From Prorocentrum cordatum (Eukaryota): a stretch of 64,000 nt of DNA. The notes below the pieces were generated by a model. It was not told the origin of the DNA. It saw nothing but the letters and a program-made list of their open reading frames with translations, and made no database searches. Positions 27,536 to 39,200 of this stretch are shown here, piece after piece. Position 1 is the stretch's first letter. Every line of letters begins with the position of its first letter. Location of the stretch: positions 682,001 to 746,000 of the forward strand of contig CAUYUJ010000003.1 in assembly GCA_963575745.1 (NCBI GenBank). Direction: 5' to 3'. The translations under genes were made by a program, and so were the position numbers.

Positions 27536-29279
27536 CAATCGCCCGAGGCACAACAACAACAACAACAACAACAATCATTTTACCCGAACGCTCAGTGTTC
27601 TCACCAGTGCCAGGGTTTTCATGCGACGCCAGCCAATACCCCCACTTCGTGGGGGGGCATTACAAGCTCTACCAAATATCCAAACGACTCTTCGCGACCA
27701 CCCAAACCCAGCTTCCCGCCCTATGACGTTGGACACTTCACTTCGTGGCGTGCGGACGACCGTGGCTACTACACTGGCGTGGGGTACACACCCACAGAAC
27801 TTCTCGTGCCTGCGGACGACCGTTGGCTACAACTCTGGCGTGGGTAACACAACCACAGAAGTTGTTAAGCCTACGTTTCGTACACCCACAGAAAAGTTTG
27901 TGTAAGCCTGGTTAACCCTCAAGACGTTGTTAAGCCTTCCACAGAACATCGGGGTGCAGTGGAGCATATGGTAGCATGATACTCAGGATACACACATCGT
28001 ACTCACAAGATATTGATCACATTCTTTCGATGGGAGTTCGGCGGGCGCGCGCGAAGAAGAAAAAACGAATGTGTCCCGCATGGTATTATTTGACAGGGAT
28101 GATGGCCCTGGCAGGTGCGCAACCGTTGTCGCAGAAGTTCGAAAAAGTTGCTCGCAAAAGCCCGTTTGACAGAAATGTTGTAAAAATGTTGGGTTTCCTA
28201 CGAATCCGCAAGAGCGCGCGGGATGAGATTTTGACATTTTTTTGTTGAAAAACCATTGGTTTTTTGATGTTTTTATGTTAAAATCGTTCCGTACACTAAG
28301 CTTTTGGAAGGATTTCGTCTTGCGCGCGCGAATGTCCACTTTACCTTATTTTTTGCAAGGGATTCTTGAAATTTGATTATATTAGAACAAGAAAAGTCAT
28401 TTTATAGTGTTTTTTGCAAGGGAAAACGGATTACAACAAAACAACCGGATCTGGATCACATCGTTTTACCTGAGGCTTCCTCACGAAAATGATGAAAATG
28501 TAGCTGCGGCCTAGGCGGCGCAGGGGGGGCGTGCACCAGGGGGCCCAACTATAATTATTCTTTAGAAGTAATAATATTCAACAACAACAATACTTAAAGA
28601 ACCGTTCGCCGTATATTATCCCAGGGTCCAATAAACGGTATTCCCAAACCCTCGATAACCCGCCCTCGCCGTCGTCGATCGATCCCCTTTTGGGTATACT
28701 TGCTTCCCTGCAGGCCTGGCTTGGCAAGCGCGGGGCGGCCGCGGACCGCGGCCTGGCCAGCGGCGCGCTTGATACGCGGGGCGGCCGCGGACCGTCGTCC
28801 CACCCCAAGAGGGAACGGACAGGGACCGACCACCAGAACATCGTCGACGACGGCCGACGACGACACGACGACGACGACGACGACGACGACGTCGAAGACG
28901 ACGGCGACGACGACGATGGCGACGACGAGCGAAAGCGAGAGCGAGAGAGAACGACAGCAGGGCCACGAAGGGCACGAAGTAGGCCACGAAGGGCGACAGC
29001 GGGGACACGAAGGGAATGCGTACGGGGCCACGAAAAGCGCGAACGAGCGGGGGCCACGAAGTGCAGATAATACGGGGCCACAGAAGGCAACGATGGGGCC
29101 ACTGAGGGCAGCAACTGGGCCACGCAGGACAGCGAGGGGGCCACAAACGGCGACAGCGGGGCCACGAAGGGCATGCACATGGGGCCACAACGGGCGCGAC
29201 TCCTGGGTCCCTGGGTGTCGGGAGCGCGGCGCTTGGGCAAATTGCAAGAAATTCCAACGCAAGGCCAATCTTCAGCAAG

Positions 29280-31078
29280 TCCCACCAGCCCTTTGGGCGT
29301 GAGTGGTTTAGCGAGCTCTCTGTTCTCAACCCCCCAACCCCCTTTCTTCCCCTTCGGGGAGGGGTTTACCCCTCCCCCTACCCCCTCCCCCTGGGCCTGG
29401 ACAGGGAGCCCCGAGTGTTCTCAGGGGGGTCTTTTTCGACTCCTGGGAGGGCCAAAAAACGACGACCCTCACGAGGATTCTGGCCCCGACGGGGGTGTTC
29501 TGAAAAAAAACATCTCCTCTTCTGCGAAGCCAAAATCATTGATTTTACTACGGTTTCGGCCCCATGTTGGCCTTCTGAGGGGGCAGCGCTCCTCTTCCGT
29601 CTTCTCAAAATCATTGATGTTACTAAGGTTTTGGGCTCACTTTGTCCTTCGCAGGGGCTCGCGCTCATTTGCGCTTCTGCGGAGGTCGCAAGAGGCCCCC
29701 AAGAGGCCCCAAGATGCCTCCCAGAGGCTCCCAAGAGGCGCCCAAGAGGCTCCCAAGAGGCCCCCAAGAGGCCCCCAAGAGGCCCCCAAGAGGCTCCCAA
29801 GAGGCCCCCTAGAGGCCCCCAAGAGGCCCCACGAGGAGCCCGAACGACTGACACCAGGACGAGGGGCCCGAACGACTCACACCACGAAGAGCCTGAACGA
29901 CTCACACCACAAGGAGGGGCCCGAACGACTCATACCAGGACGAGGACGAGGCGCCCGACCGACTCACACCACGAGGACCCCGAACGACTCACACCACGAC
30001 GCGGGCCTCGAACGACTCACACCACGAGGAGCCCGAACGAGTCACACCAGGAGGAGGGGCAGCGCTGATACAAGCCCCCCAAGAGGGCCCCCAGAGGTCC
30101 ACCGTGTGGCCCCAAGAGGCCCCCAGATGGTCCAGATGGCCCACAGGAGGTCCCCAGGAGGCACCACGAGGCCTCCATGAGGCCCCCGAGATACCCCCAA
30201 GAGGCCCCCAAGAGGCCCCACGAGGCGCCGAAGACGCCCCAAGAGGCCCCCGACTCACATCACGAGGAGCCCGAACGACTCGCACCACGACGCGGGCCTC
30301 CAACGACTCACACCACGAGGAGCCCGAACGAGTCACACCAGGAGGAGGGGCAGCGCTCACACAAGCTTCCCAAGAGAGCCCCCAGAGGTCATTGATGTTA
30401 CTACGGTTTCGGCCCCATTTTGCCCTTCTGAGGGGGCAGCGCTCCTCTTCCTTCTTCTCAAAATCATTGATTTTGCGAAGGTGTTGGGCTCATTTTGTCC
30501 TTCGCAAGGGCTCGCGCTCATCTGCGCTTCTGCGGAGGTCGCAAGAGGCCCCCAAGAGGCCCCAAGATGCCTCCCAGAGGCTCCCAAGAGGCGTCCAACA
30601 GGCCCCCAAGAGGCCCCCAAGAGGCCCCCAAGAGGCCCCCAAGAGGCCCCAAGAGGCCCCCTAGAGGCCCCCAAGAGGCCCCACGAGGAGCCCGAACGAC
30701 TCACACCAGGACGAGGGGCCCGAACTGACCTACTCACACCCACGGATGATCCCGAACGACTCCCAAAAACCACAATGAGGGGGCCCGAACAGAACTCATA
30801 ACCAAGACGAGTCGCCCGACCGGACTCACTACCACGAGGACCCCGAACGACTCGCCCCCACGACGCGGACTCGAACGACTCACACCACGAGGAGCCAGAA
30901 CGCTCACAACCAGGAGTGAGGGGCAAAGCGCTCCATACAAGCCCCCCAAGAGGGCCCCCAGAGGTCCACCGTATGGCCCCAAGAGGTCCCCAGATGGTCC
31001 AGATGGCCCACAGGAGGTCCCCAGGAGGCACCACGAGGCCTCCATGAGGCCCCCAAGATACCCTCAAGAGGTCCCCAA
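29280..31078 (+). repeat. Repeat module with GAGGCCCCCAA 11-mers and CGAACGACTCACACCA arrays
   Basis: Homologous copies at ~47150-48180 and ~49117-50160; interrupted by the LTR element at 31079. Confidence 0.9.
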
Positions 31079-31257
31079 TGTGATTCCCGCTCACTCCCCG
31101 TGCCTTTCCTGCTTCTTCCCTGCTTCCCCGCTCTATCTCTCATGCCCGCCTTGTCGCTGCCATTTCGTTTCAAACTAGGGCCCTTGGCCTTAGAGCTACG
31201 CAGAGTGATTCGCCGCGCGATCATTCGACAAACGATATCAGCGATATCCATATCACA
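31079..31257 (+). repeat. 5' LTR (179 bp)
   Basis: TGTGAT...ATCACA 6-bp terminal inverted repeat; start repeated at 40268. Confidence 0.92.
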
Positions 31258-31258
31258 G

Positions 31259-31276
31259 TGGTAGCTTGGAGCGGGT
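31259..31276 (+). promoter_or_regulatory. Primer binding site, probably initiator tRNA-Met type
   Basis: TGGTAGCTTGGAGCGGGT, 1 nt after the LTR end; TGGTAGC start is shared with eukaryotic iMet PBSs; tRNA identity is inferred. Confidence 0.75.
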
Positions 31277-31815
31277 CTCAGCTGCCGGCGCTGCGCGCCT
31301 CCATATTGTTAGCCACGACGACGCCGTCGTGCACCATCACGGAATCGACGCCCAGCGGCGTCCTGCGAGCCCTCATAGGCCTGAGCATAGCGCTCTACTA
31401 CGCCAGCGTCTGCGACGCCAGCAACTACGCCAGCGTCTGCGACGCCAGCACCAACGCCAGCGTCAGCGACGCCAGCGACTACGCCTACTACGCCTACATC
31501 CCTGCCAACTCCAACTCCAGCGTCTGCGACGCCAGCACCAACGCCAGCGTCAGCGACGCCAGCGACTACGCCTACTACGCATACATCCCTGCCAACTCCA
31601 ACGCCAGCGTCAGCGACGCCAGCGACTTCGACTCCAACTCCAACGCCAGCGTCAGCGACGCCAGCGACTACGTCTCCGCCACATACTTCTCTTACGACGG
31701 TGTCATTCCCCACCAGCTTATCGACACGGCAGGCGCCGACATCGATTACAGCATCGAGTTCAACTTCGACTTCATTTCGTGGTCTGGTATTCCTTGCAGT
31801 CCATTCATAGACAAG

Positions 31816-33060
31816 ATGACGGAGTTGACGCACAACCAGTCAGTGATACCAAGCTGGAATGGAGATCCAGCGAAGTGGCGAGATTACAAGCAAGAGGTAA
31901 AATTGTAGAAGCTCAGTGAGAACTTGGAAGTGGCACAAAGTTTGGCATCGAAGTTAGTCCTGCGGTTGACGGGTACCGCCAGGTCGGCTGCTCTCAATAT
32001 GACGGAGCAGGAACTCCACCCGCCGCCGGACGACGGCATCGAGGATGCGAACGAGAAGAAGCGCGATCGCAACCAGAAGGGCATCGAGAACGCGCTGAAG
32101 CATCTCGAGACAAACCTAGGCCAGCAGAAGCCGGTGCAGAAGGGATAGACGCTAGAAAAGTTCTTCGAAGAAAGAACTGCGTAAACAAGAAACACAGAAA
32201 AAAAAAAAAAACGAGAATGAAAAAAAAAAAAATAGATGCCATAGAAAAACCAGAAAAAACCAAGGGAAAGATAACAAAAAAAGTCAGACTCCAAGCAACC
32301 ATCGCCGCGCCGCGGAAGAAAACGCCTGACGGATAGGCAAGATAGTGTTACGTGCGATTCGAAGCGGGACTACAGCAACTACGCGAGAACGAGGTTGACC
32401 TCACTACGCTTGACGACGTGGCCGGCTGGTTCCTGCTACGCAAGGCTGGGCTCACGGCCGAGCGCCGTGAGCGCGTCGTAGGCAACTTGCCGGACGAGCA
32501 TTCTTCATTTCAGCGCATCAGGGGCTTGCTGGTGCGCATGTTCCCCGATATACATACATCGGAACGACGCGCAAGCTTGCCGTCGCGATCGTGGCCGCAG
32601 CGATCGAACAGTAGCTGGCAGCGCTCACCGCCAAGCCGAGCACGTTCAGCCAACATCGCTGACGAGCCAGAAGACGAGCATGAGGATTCGGAGGACGGCG
32701 ACGACAATGACACGGAGGCAGACGCCCAGGACATCGTGCGCCAGGAGCTCGAGGCTTTCAGCGCCGAGCTGGAGCAGTCCAATTACGACCTCGGCGAGGT
32801 GTTCGACCGGGACGACTCTGCCAAGGTGGAGGCTGCCGCGGCGGAGCTCGCCGCGATTCCCGAGGCCATGGCGACCATGCGGTCGGCCCGGGAGGCTATC
32901 AAGGGCCGCGGGAAGGTTTCGCCTAAGCGCCGACCCGCGGGTAAGCTACAAGGCCGCGTGGACCGGCGCAAGAAGAACTCCAAGTGCTGGGGCTGCGGCG
33001 AGGCGGGGCACTGGACCGGTGACAAGGAGTGCCCGACATCAGGCGCTCGGAAGTTCCGCC
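31816..33060 (+). pseudogene. gag: Gag, disrupted
   Basis: IPSWNGDPAKWRDYKQEVKL start, GWFLLRKAGLT segment, zinc knuckle CWGCGEAGHWTGDKEC; TAG stops at 31906 and 32146, A-rich patch at ~32180-32345, +1 frameshift near 33060. Confidence 0.88.
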
Positions 33061-33289
33061 CCGAATTCTCAGCAGAAGGGCGGAGGACGAGGCGGCGGAG
33101 GTCGCTCGCACCGCCAGGCCAACATCACCGAGCAGGTCCACGATCAGAACCACGTGGAGTTCGGTGATGAAGAAGTGATTCTTCATCCAGAAGGTCCGAT
33201 CACTCCGCCCCCCGAGACTCTGGTCTCCGAGCGCGTGGTGCCAGATTTGCCTACCATAAACACCACCAGCGCTGGCGAGAAGCCCAACG

Positions 33290-33680
33290 GCGACGGTGTT
33301 GGCGTGATCGACACTGCCTGTCTCTTCTGCGTTGGCGGGCTCAGCTGGTACAAGCAGTGCAAGGAGAAGCTCGCCAACATGGGTCTGGACGACCAGATCC
33401 TGGAGGAGCCCGAGAACGAAGTCTACAGGTTCGGGAACGGTGGTGCGCTCCCGAGCAAGTTGCACGTCACAGCCCCACGCGTGCTGTGTGGGCGCGCTGG
33501 CCGCATAATAGTCAGCGTCGTGGACAGCCCCGCGCTCGGCCTGCTCATCGGCCGGGACTTCATTCAGCCGAGCAAGATCGACATCTCGCTCTGGCGGGAG
33601 CAGATCCGCATCGGGAACCATTCCCAGAAGCTCATCACGAGCAGCGCGGGACATCCCGCGATCGATCTCCACCCGGAGGA
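33290..33680 (+). pseudogene. pol: Aspartic protease domain
   Basis: GVIDTAC (D at 33310), YRFGNG flap, LLIGRDF. Confidence 0.9.
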
Positions 33681-34311
33681 CTGGCTCGCCATCGAGGGCG
33701 CGGGACACGAGTTCGGACCGAAGGCTGTCAGTACTAAGGGCATCGCCAAGCGGCCAGCCCCGAAGCCCACGGTCAACCTCACTACGAAGGCGAGCAACTT
33801 GCTCGAGAACATCACGAGACTCATCCCCAAGAAGGAGCTCAACGTACCGAGACGACTTCAACAGCGACGCGGCGGCAGCTCAAGGCTCATGGCCGCCGTA
33901 AGCTCTGCGTCGGTCTGCTGTTCGACGGCGGTCGCGCCGCCGACGTTTGCTCCAACAACGATTTCGGCTACTACCTGCATCGCCGAGCCCCTCGACGACT
34001 GCGTGGCCTGCGGCACCAAGTCCTACACAGACTGTTGCCACCTCGGGTTCTGCTCCGAGTGTGTTTTCGGCAACTCGGTCACGCTGGACATCAAGAACGA
34101 CAACGACCCGAAGGAGGTCAACATCGTGGAGGAAGAGCAAATGAAGGCACGTCAGCTCGAGAAGGGGACGAAGCTGCAGCTGACCGCCGGCAAGCGGTCG
34201 GCCATCGTCACCAGCAAGAGCGGCATCAAGCCGCACACAGTCAGCCAGGCGCTCAAGGCAGACCTGGCCAAGTCAACTACGAGCTCGAGCGGAATCTCGA
34301 GCAACACCACC

Positions 34312-34965
34312 ATGCTCTACGAGTGGTGCTGCAACCCCGACAGCAAGCTCAGTGCGAAGTGGACTGAAAGTGGAGGAGCTGCTGTACGTTGTGGTCTTCC
34401 TGGATACGACCTTTCTCGGAAGCCCATCGTCGAGAAGCTCGAGGGCAAGATTCGGAAGAACCTGCGGAAGGGCCAGAGTGCACGGGTCCATGCCGCATTT
34501 CCATGCACGCCATGGACCGCGTTGCAGCGCATCATCCTGAAGATCGACCCCGCCAAGGCCGAGAAGCTGGAGAAGGACCGGAAGTATTCCGCGAGGATGA
34601 TCGACCTTTTCCTGACGTCAATGAGCCGCCTGCGGAAGGAGTTTGGCAGCCAGCTCGCGGTCTCCTTCGAGTGACCGCGCTACTGCGACGGCTGGGATCA
34701 GAAGAAGAACTACACCGCGAGGAAGCTGAAGGACCAGCTCCCGCGCATCATCGATTTCGATGGCTGCGCCTACGGCCTGCAGACAAAGAGCGGGGATGCG
34801 ATCAAGAAGCCGTGGAGGATAATCACCGACCACTACGGGATCGACAACTCGCTGCACAAGCTTTGCGACGGCCTACACAAACACGTCGAGGCCCGTGGCA
34901 AGCTCGCTAAGGACAGCGAGAACTACACCGACAAGCTCGTCGCCGCGCTGGTCAAGCAGCTTCGC
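34312..34965 (+). pseudogene. C5 cytosine DNA-methyltransferase-like domain within the polyprotein
   Basis: LYEWCCNPDSKL (motif I-like), YDL, HAAFPC (motif IV PC at 34501), FE*P (motif VI-like, TGA at 34672), DGCAYGL..KKPW (VIII-like), SENYT..L (X-like); same frame as PR and IN. Confidence 0.68.
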
Positions 34966-35118
34966 AAGACGAACAAGACCGAGCACCGCGAGGCAAACCC
35001 CGCGGAACCAGCGAGACGGAGAGCCGCGAGAAGGACAGTGCCTGCCCCGGCAGCTCCTGCAGAGCCAGCCTTAACGGCAGCGGAGGAGCGGACGCTCAAG
35101 TCCGCCATACTGCAGCTC

Positions 35119-36290
35119 CACGTCAATACGGGGCACCCTGCCAACGACGCGCTGGCCCGGGCTATCCGAGTGACGGGTGGATCCCAAAGAGCGGTCGAGA
35201 TGGCACTCAACCTGCACTGCGAAGTCTGCGCCGCCCAGCAGCGACCCCTACCTCATCTACCTGGGAGAATCAAGCTAGATAGGGACTTCAATGATTCCAT
35301 TGGAGTGGACTTATTCACCCTTGCCGACTACGCCGGCAATCAGTTGGTTTTCCTGAATGTGGTCGACCTCGCTTCTGGGTTTACCTTGTGTGGTACAGTT
35401 CCTTCAAGACACCCTTCGGTTGTATTCGCGAGGCTTTTGCAGGTTTGGATTACACCGTTTGGGGCGCCACAACGGGTACTTTTCGATGGAGGAGGCGAGT
35501 TTGAGAGGGAGTTCTCGAAGGAACTCGAGGACATGGGCTGTCGCCTTATGACTACTGCCGCGGCTACGCCGCAACAGAACGCCACCGTGGAAAGGCACGG
35601 CGGCATGTGGAAGGTCCACGCCAGGAAGCTGATCGACCAATTCAGCATCAGGTTCGATCAACCCGCGAACGCCCACAAGGTCCAGTGGCTGCTCGCTGCT
35701 GTCTGCTGGGCTACGAACAGCTCAATCAATGCCAGTGGGTATTCACCGGCACAGTGGGTACTCGGACGTGGCCTTCAACTACCCTACTGCCTGCTGGACA
35801 GCGCTGGGAGGCTCTCGCTACACGAGAGAGTGGTCTCTGACAAGTCCTTCTCTGAGAGGATTGCCCACATGAAGGCCGCCCAGACGTCAATCCAGCATCT
35901 GCGGTTCAACCAGTCCCTATCCCGGGCTTTACTCGCACGATCGCGTGCGGATGAGAAAATAAGAGAAAAAAAAAGGAAATAAAAAACTATAACAAAAAAA
36001 GTAATATGCAAAAACGACAACGAAAGCAACGCCCCCCCCCGACGGAAGTCTCACCGCCCCCTCGTCGGCAGTACACCCAACCGGTTGACCAGTAAAACTA
36101 CTGGAGGGGGAACGGCAAGCCCAAGCGCGAATGGGCTTTGCAGTGGCATGGACCCGGCATCATCATCGGCTTCGAGGGCACATCAAATGCATGGGTCAGC
36201 CACCGTTCCACCACCGTCAAGGTCAACCGAGGACATCTACGCCACGCTACTGCCTCAGAGCTCGTGCCCTGGGGACAGGTGCTCAACGCC
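35119..36290 (+). pseudogene. pol: Integrase (HHCC, DDE core, C-terminal domain)
   Basis: HVNTGH..CEVC, GVDLF, LFDGGGEF, VERHGG, GYSPAQWVLG, YWRG..WHGPGIIIG; broken by an A-rich patch at ~35953-36060. Confidence 0.93.
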
Positions 36291-39200
36291 ATGAACGGCA
36301 ACCAGCCACCACCACCGCCAGGACAACCACCAGCTGACCAGCCCCCACCTCCTGACGGACCACGGCCACCAGGACCAGGAGGAGGGGGCGAAGGATCACC
36401 ACATGAAGGAGGAGACGGCGGTGGAGGCGGATTACCATCATCAGACCAAGGAGGATATGGAGATACGTTCATCGACCTCACGGGCGAAACGCCGAAGAAA
36501 CGCCCGCGAGTGGAAAACGTTCCGCCAGCACTACCACCTCCGCCGACGGCTATCAAGCAGCATAACTTCGGCAACATCGAAGATTCTCCACACAATCGCC
36601 GCGCTCATGCCACTCTTGAGTGGATTCGCCGACGGCAAGGAGATGAAGAATATACGACAAGTGGGGGCGCCTCAGGCAGCGGTTCAGCACCAGCACCTTC
36701 GGGAGGAGACCTTCCCGGGCTGCCAGCGCCTGTTTCTGACTCAGCTGCTGCCGCTGACCCCGCTCATGACCTCGCCCATGACCCTGCCCATGCTCAAATA
36801 CAAGCCCAAGAAGACCCAGATCGCGCTGAAGATCCAGCTCCAGAACCCGCCATGCAACCAGAAGTACACGACGAACAGCCTGAAGAACGCGATGGAGTAC
36901 GACTTCCACCACCAGGAGCTCGACGCACAGAAGCTGATGGACATTCATCGGATGCCGACAGCTCCGGATCCGAAGGGCTACGCGACTGGAGCAAGGCCGC
37001 GGAGGAGGAAGTTCGCAGAGAAGCCTTTGCCAGCAGACCACAACATCCTGAAGGACAACGCGGCAACAAGGCTCAGCGCCAAGCTCAAAAAGAGGACGCA
37101 CCTCGCGCACTTGAACGTGACAGACACGACCAGACAGATGACCGCAGCAAAGCCATCAAGCGCAAAGAATTCTTGGAGAGTCTCAAGGACGACCTACCCA
37201 AGTGCTTCAAGAGGCCGAAAGACACACTCAGGACCGACCTCTACTTGGACAACTACTTTGAGGTCAACGACGACGATTTGCACTCGACCATCCGACTCCG
37301 GGAGGTTATGCTCACCGGAAAGGCCGCTGCTAAGGAGATCAAGTACGACAAGCTCTCCGCCAAGGACAAGAAGCTCATGGACACGGCCATGAAGGTCGAG
37401 TGGCCCAAGTGGACCGAGTTCGGGGCCTACAAGAAGCTACCGCACAAGGAGTTGAAGGAGATCTTCCAGCGACACCCTGGAATACGACCAGTTGGTACCC
37501 GCTGGGTGCTTACGCAGAAGGCCGCCAACCTCATGAAGGCCCGCCTTGTCGTCCAGGGCTGTCAAGAGGACAAGTCCCAGATCCGTACGGACGCGCCGAC
37601 CGGGTCAAGGGACGCGCTTTACCTCACGCTTGCTGCCGCCGCCCAGCTTGGCTGGGACCTCACGTCGTACGACGCGATGACGGCTCACCTGCAGTCGGGC
37701 AACATCGAGAGGCTGCTATTGCTACGCATGCCGGCCAAGAACCCGCCGCCAGGCACACTGCCCGGCGAGATCGCGATGGCGACTGGCGCCATCTATGGTA
37801 CCCGAGATGCAGGACGCCAGTGGTACCTCTACGCCCAGAAGGTGTTCCAGGAGCACGGCCTCATCGAGAGCAAGCTCGAGAAGGGCCTTTACTACTTCTA
37901 TGACGACAAAGGGCTCGCTGCCACGATCCACTCCCATGTGGGCGACTTCCTCATCGCACAGCGCGGGAGCTCCAGCGAGTGGAAGCGAGTCATCAGCTCC
38001 TTGCAGAAAAAGCTGCACCTCAAGAAGGTAGAGGGCATCATCAAGTACTGCGGCCGGACCATCAACAAGATCAACGAGGAGCACCGCATCACCCAGGCGA
38101 CGGCCGCCGCCCAGGTGGATTTCATCGAACTCAACGCCCAACGCGGACGATCACCAGAGGATCGGCTTACTACCTCGGAGGTCTCGGGATACCGACACAC
38201 ACTCGGCCAACTGCTTTGGCTCGAAGCACAGACGCGAGTGGACATCGCCTGCCCGGTGAGCCTTGCGGCTCGCCGCACCAACACCGCCACCGTGGCCGAC
38301 GCCAAGACGCTGAACAAGACCGTCGCTTACGTGCACGGGTCCGCCGACTTCGCCATAGTCATCAAGCGCAACATCATCGACCTGCGCACTTGCACCATCA
38401 TCTGTTTCAGCGACGCGGCCTTCGCCAATGTGGACGGGGTGAAGAGCCAGTGGGGCATGGCGATTGGGCTAACTCACAAGCCACGGGACGTCGTGGCTGG
38501 ACGATATGACTTGTGCCTGCCCGTCGCCTGGCATTCGGGCACGGTCAAGCGATCCGTGAAGTCGACGCTGGCCGCCGAGGGCTACGCCACTCTGGAGGGC
38601 GCCGAGTCGAGCACGTGGTTCGGCCAGCTACTCACGGAGGCCGACAACCCGAAGAAGACGCTCAAGCAGATCGACGACCTCAGCACCAAACGATCCGGGG
38701 AGATCTACAGCGACAGCAACGGCCTGGTGACGCACATCAAGTCTGACGTGGGTCAATCCACGGACAAGCGGTTCCGCATCGTGGCATCGATGATCAAGGA
38801 GACGGCGCACCCCAACAGCCAGCTGAGGCTCTCGTGGATACCTACGTGGAGTATGGTCGCCGACGCGCTCACCAAGATCATGGAGACCGGAGTGCTCCTC
38901 GCTTTCCTCGGGGCCAAGAAGCACAACTTTGGCACTAGGCAACCGCACGCCGCCATGCTTGCCTCAGTGCTGATGACCTGTCTTGGACGCGTGAAGGCAC
39001 AGCCCCCCTCACAGGAATGGCAAGTGCCGATGTCATATTGGGTCTACTATATGACATTCATTGCGATGCTCAGTGGAATCACGATTGGATTTACATTGTT
39101 CGCAGCGCTGTGGTTTGTGGTGCGAAGAGAGATATTTGGGTCAGGCGACCCCAATCCCATTCAGATCGGGACCATCAACAACACCAGCAATGGGTCCAAG

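Larger units (their letters stand above)
22598..27702 (+). repeat. Near-identical duplicated block, copy 1 (copy 2 at 40450-45587)
   Basis: Identical ORF sets at offsets 17846 and 17885; differs in (GGT)n length and one patch near 25150-25270. Confidence 0.95.

Noticed and set aside
31258..31919. Repetitive ORFs upstream of gag
   Set aside because: Arise from the leader tandem repeat with non-ATG starts; gag similarity begins at ATG 31816
33040..33075. Programmed gag-pol frameshift
   Set aside because: No slippery heptamer; one extra C in a C-run explains the shift as mutation or sequencing error
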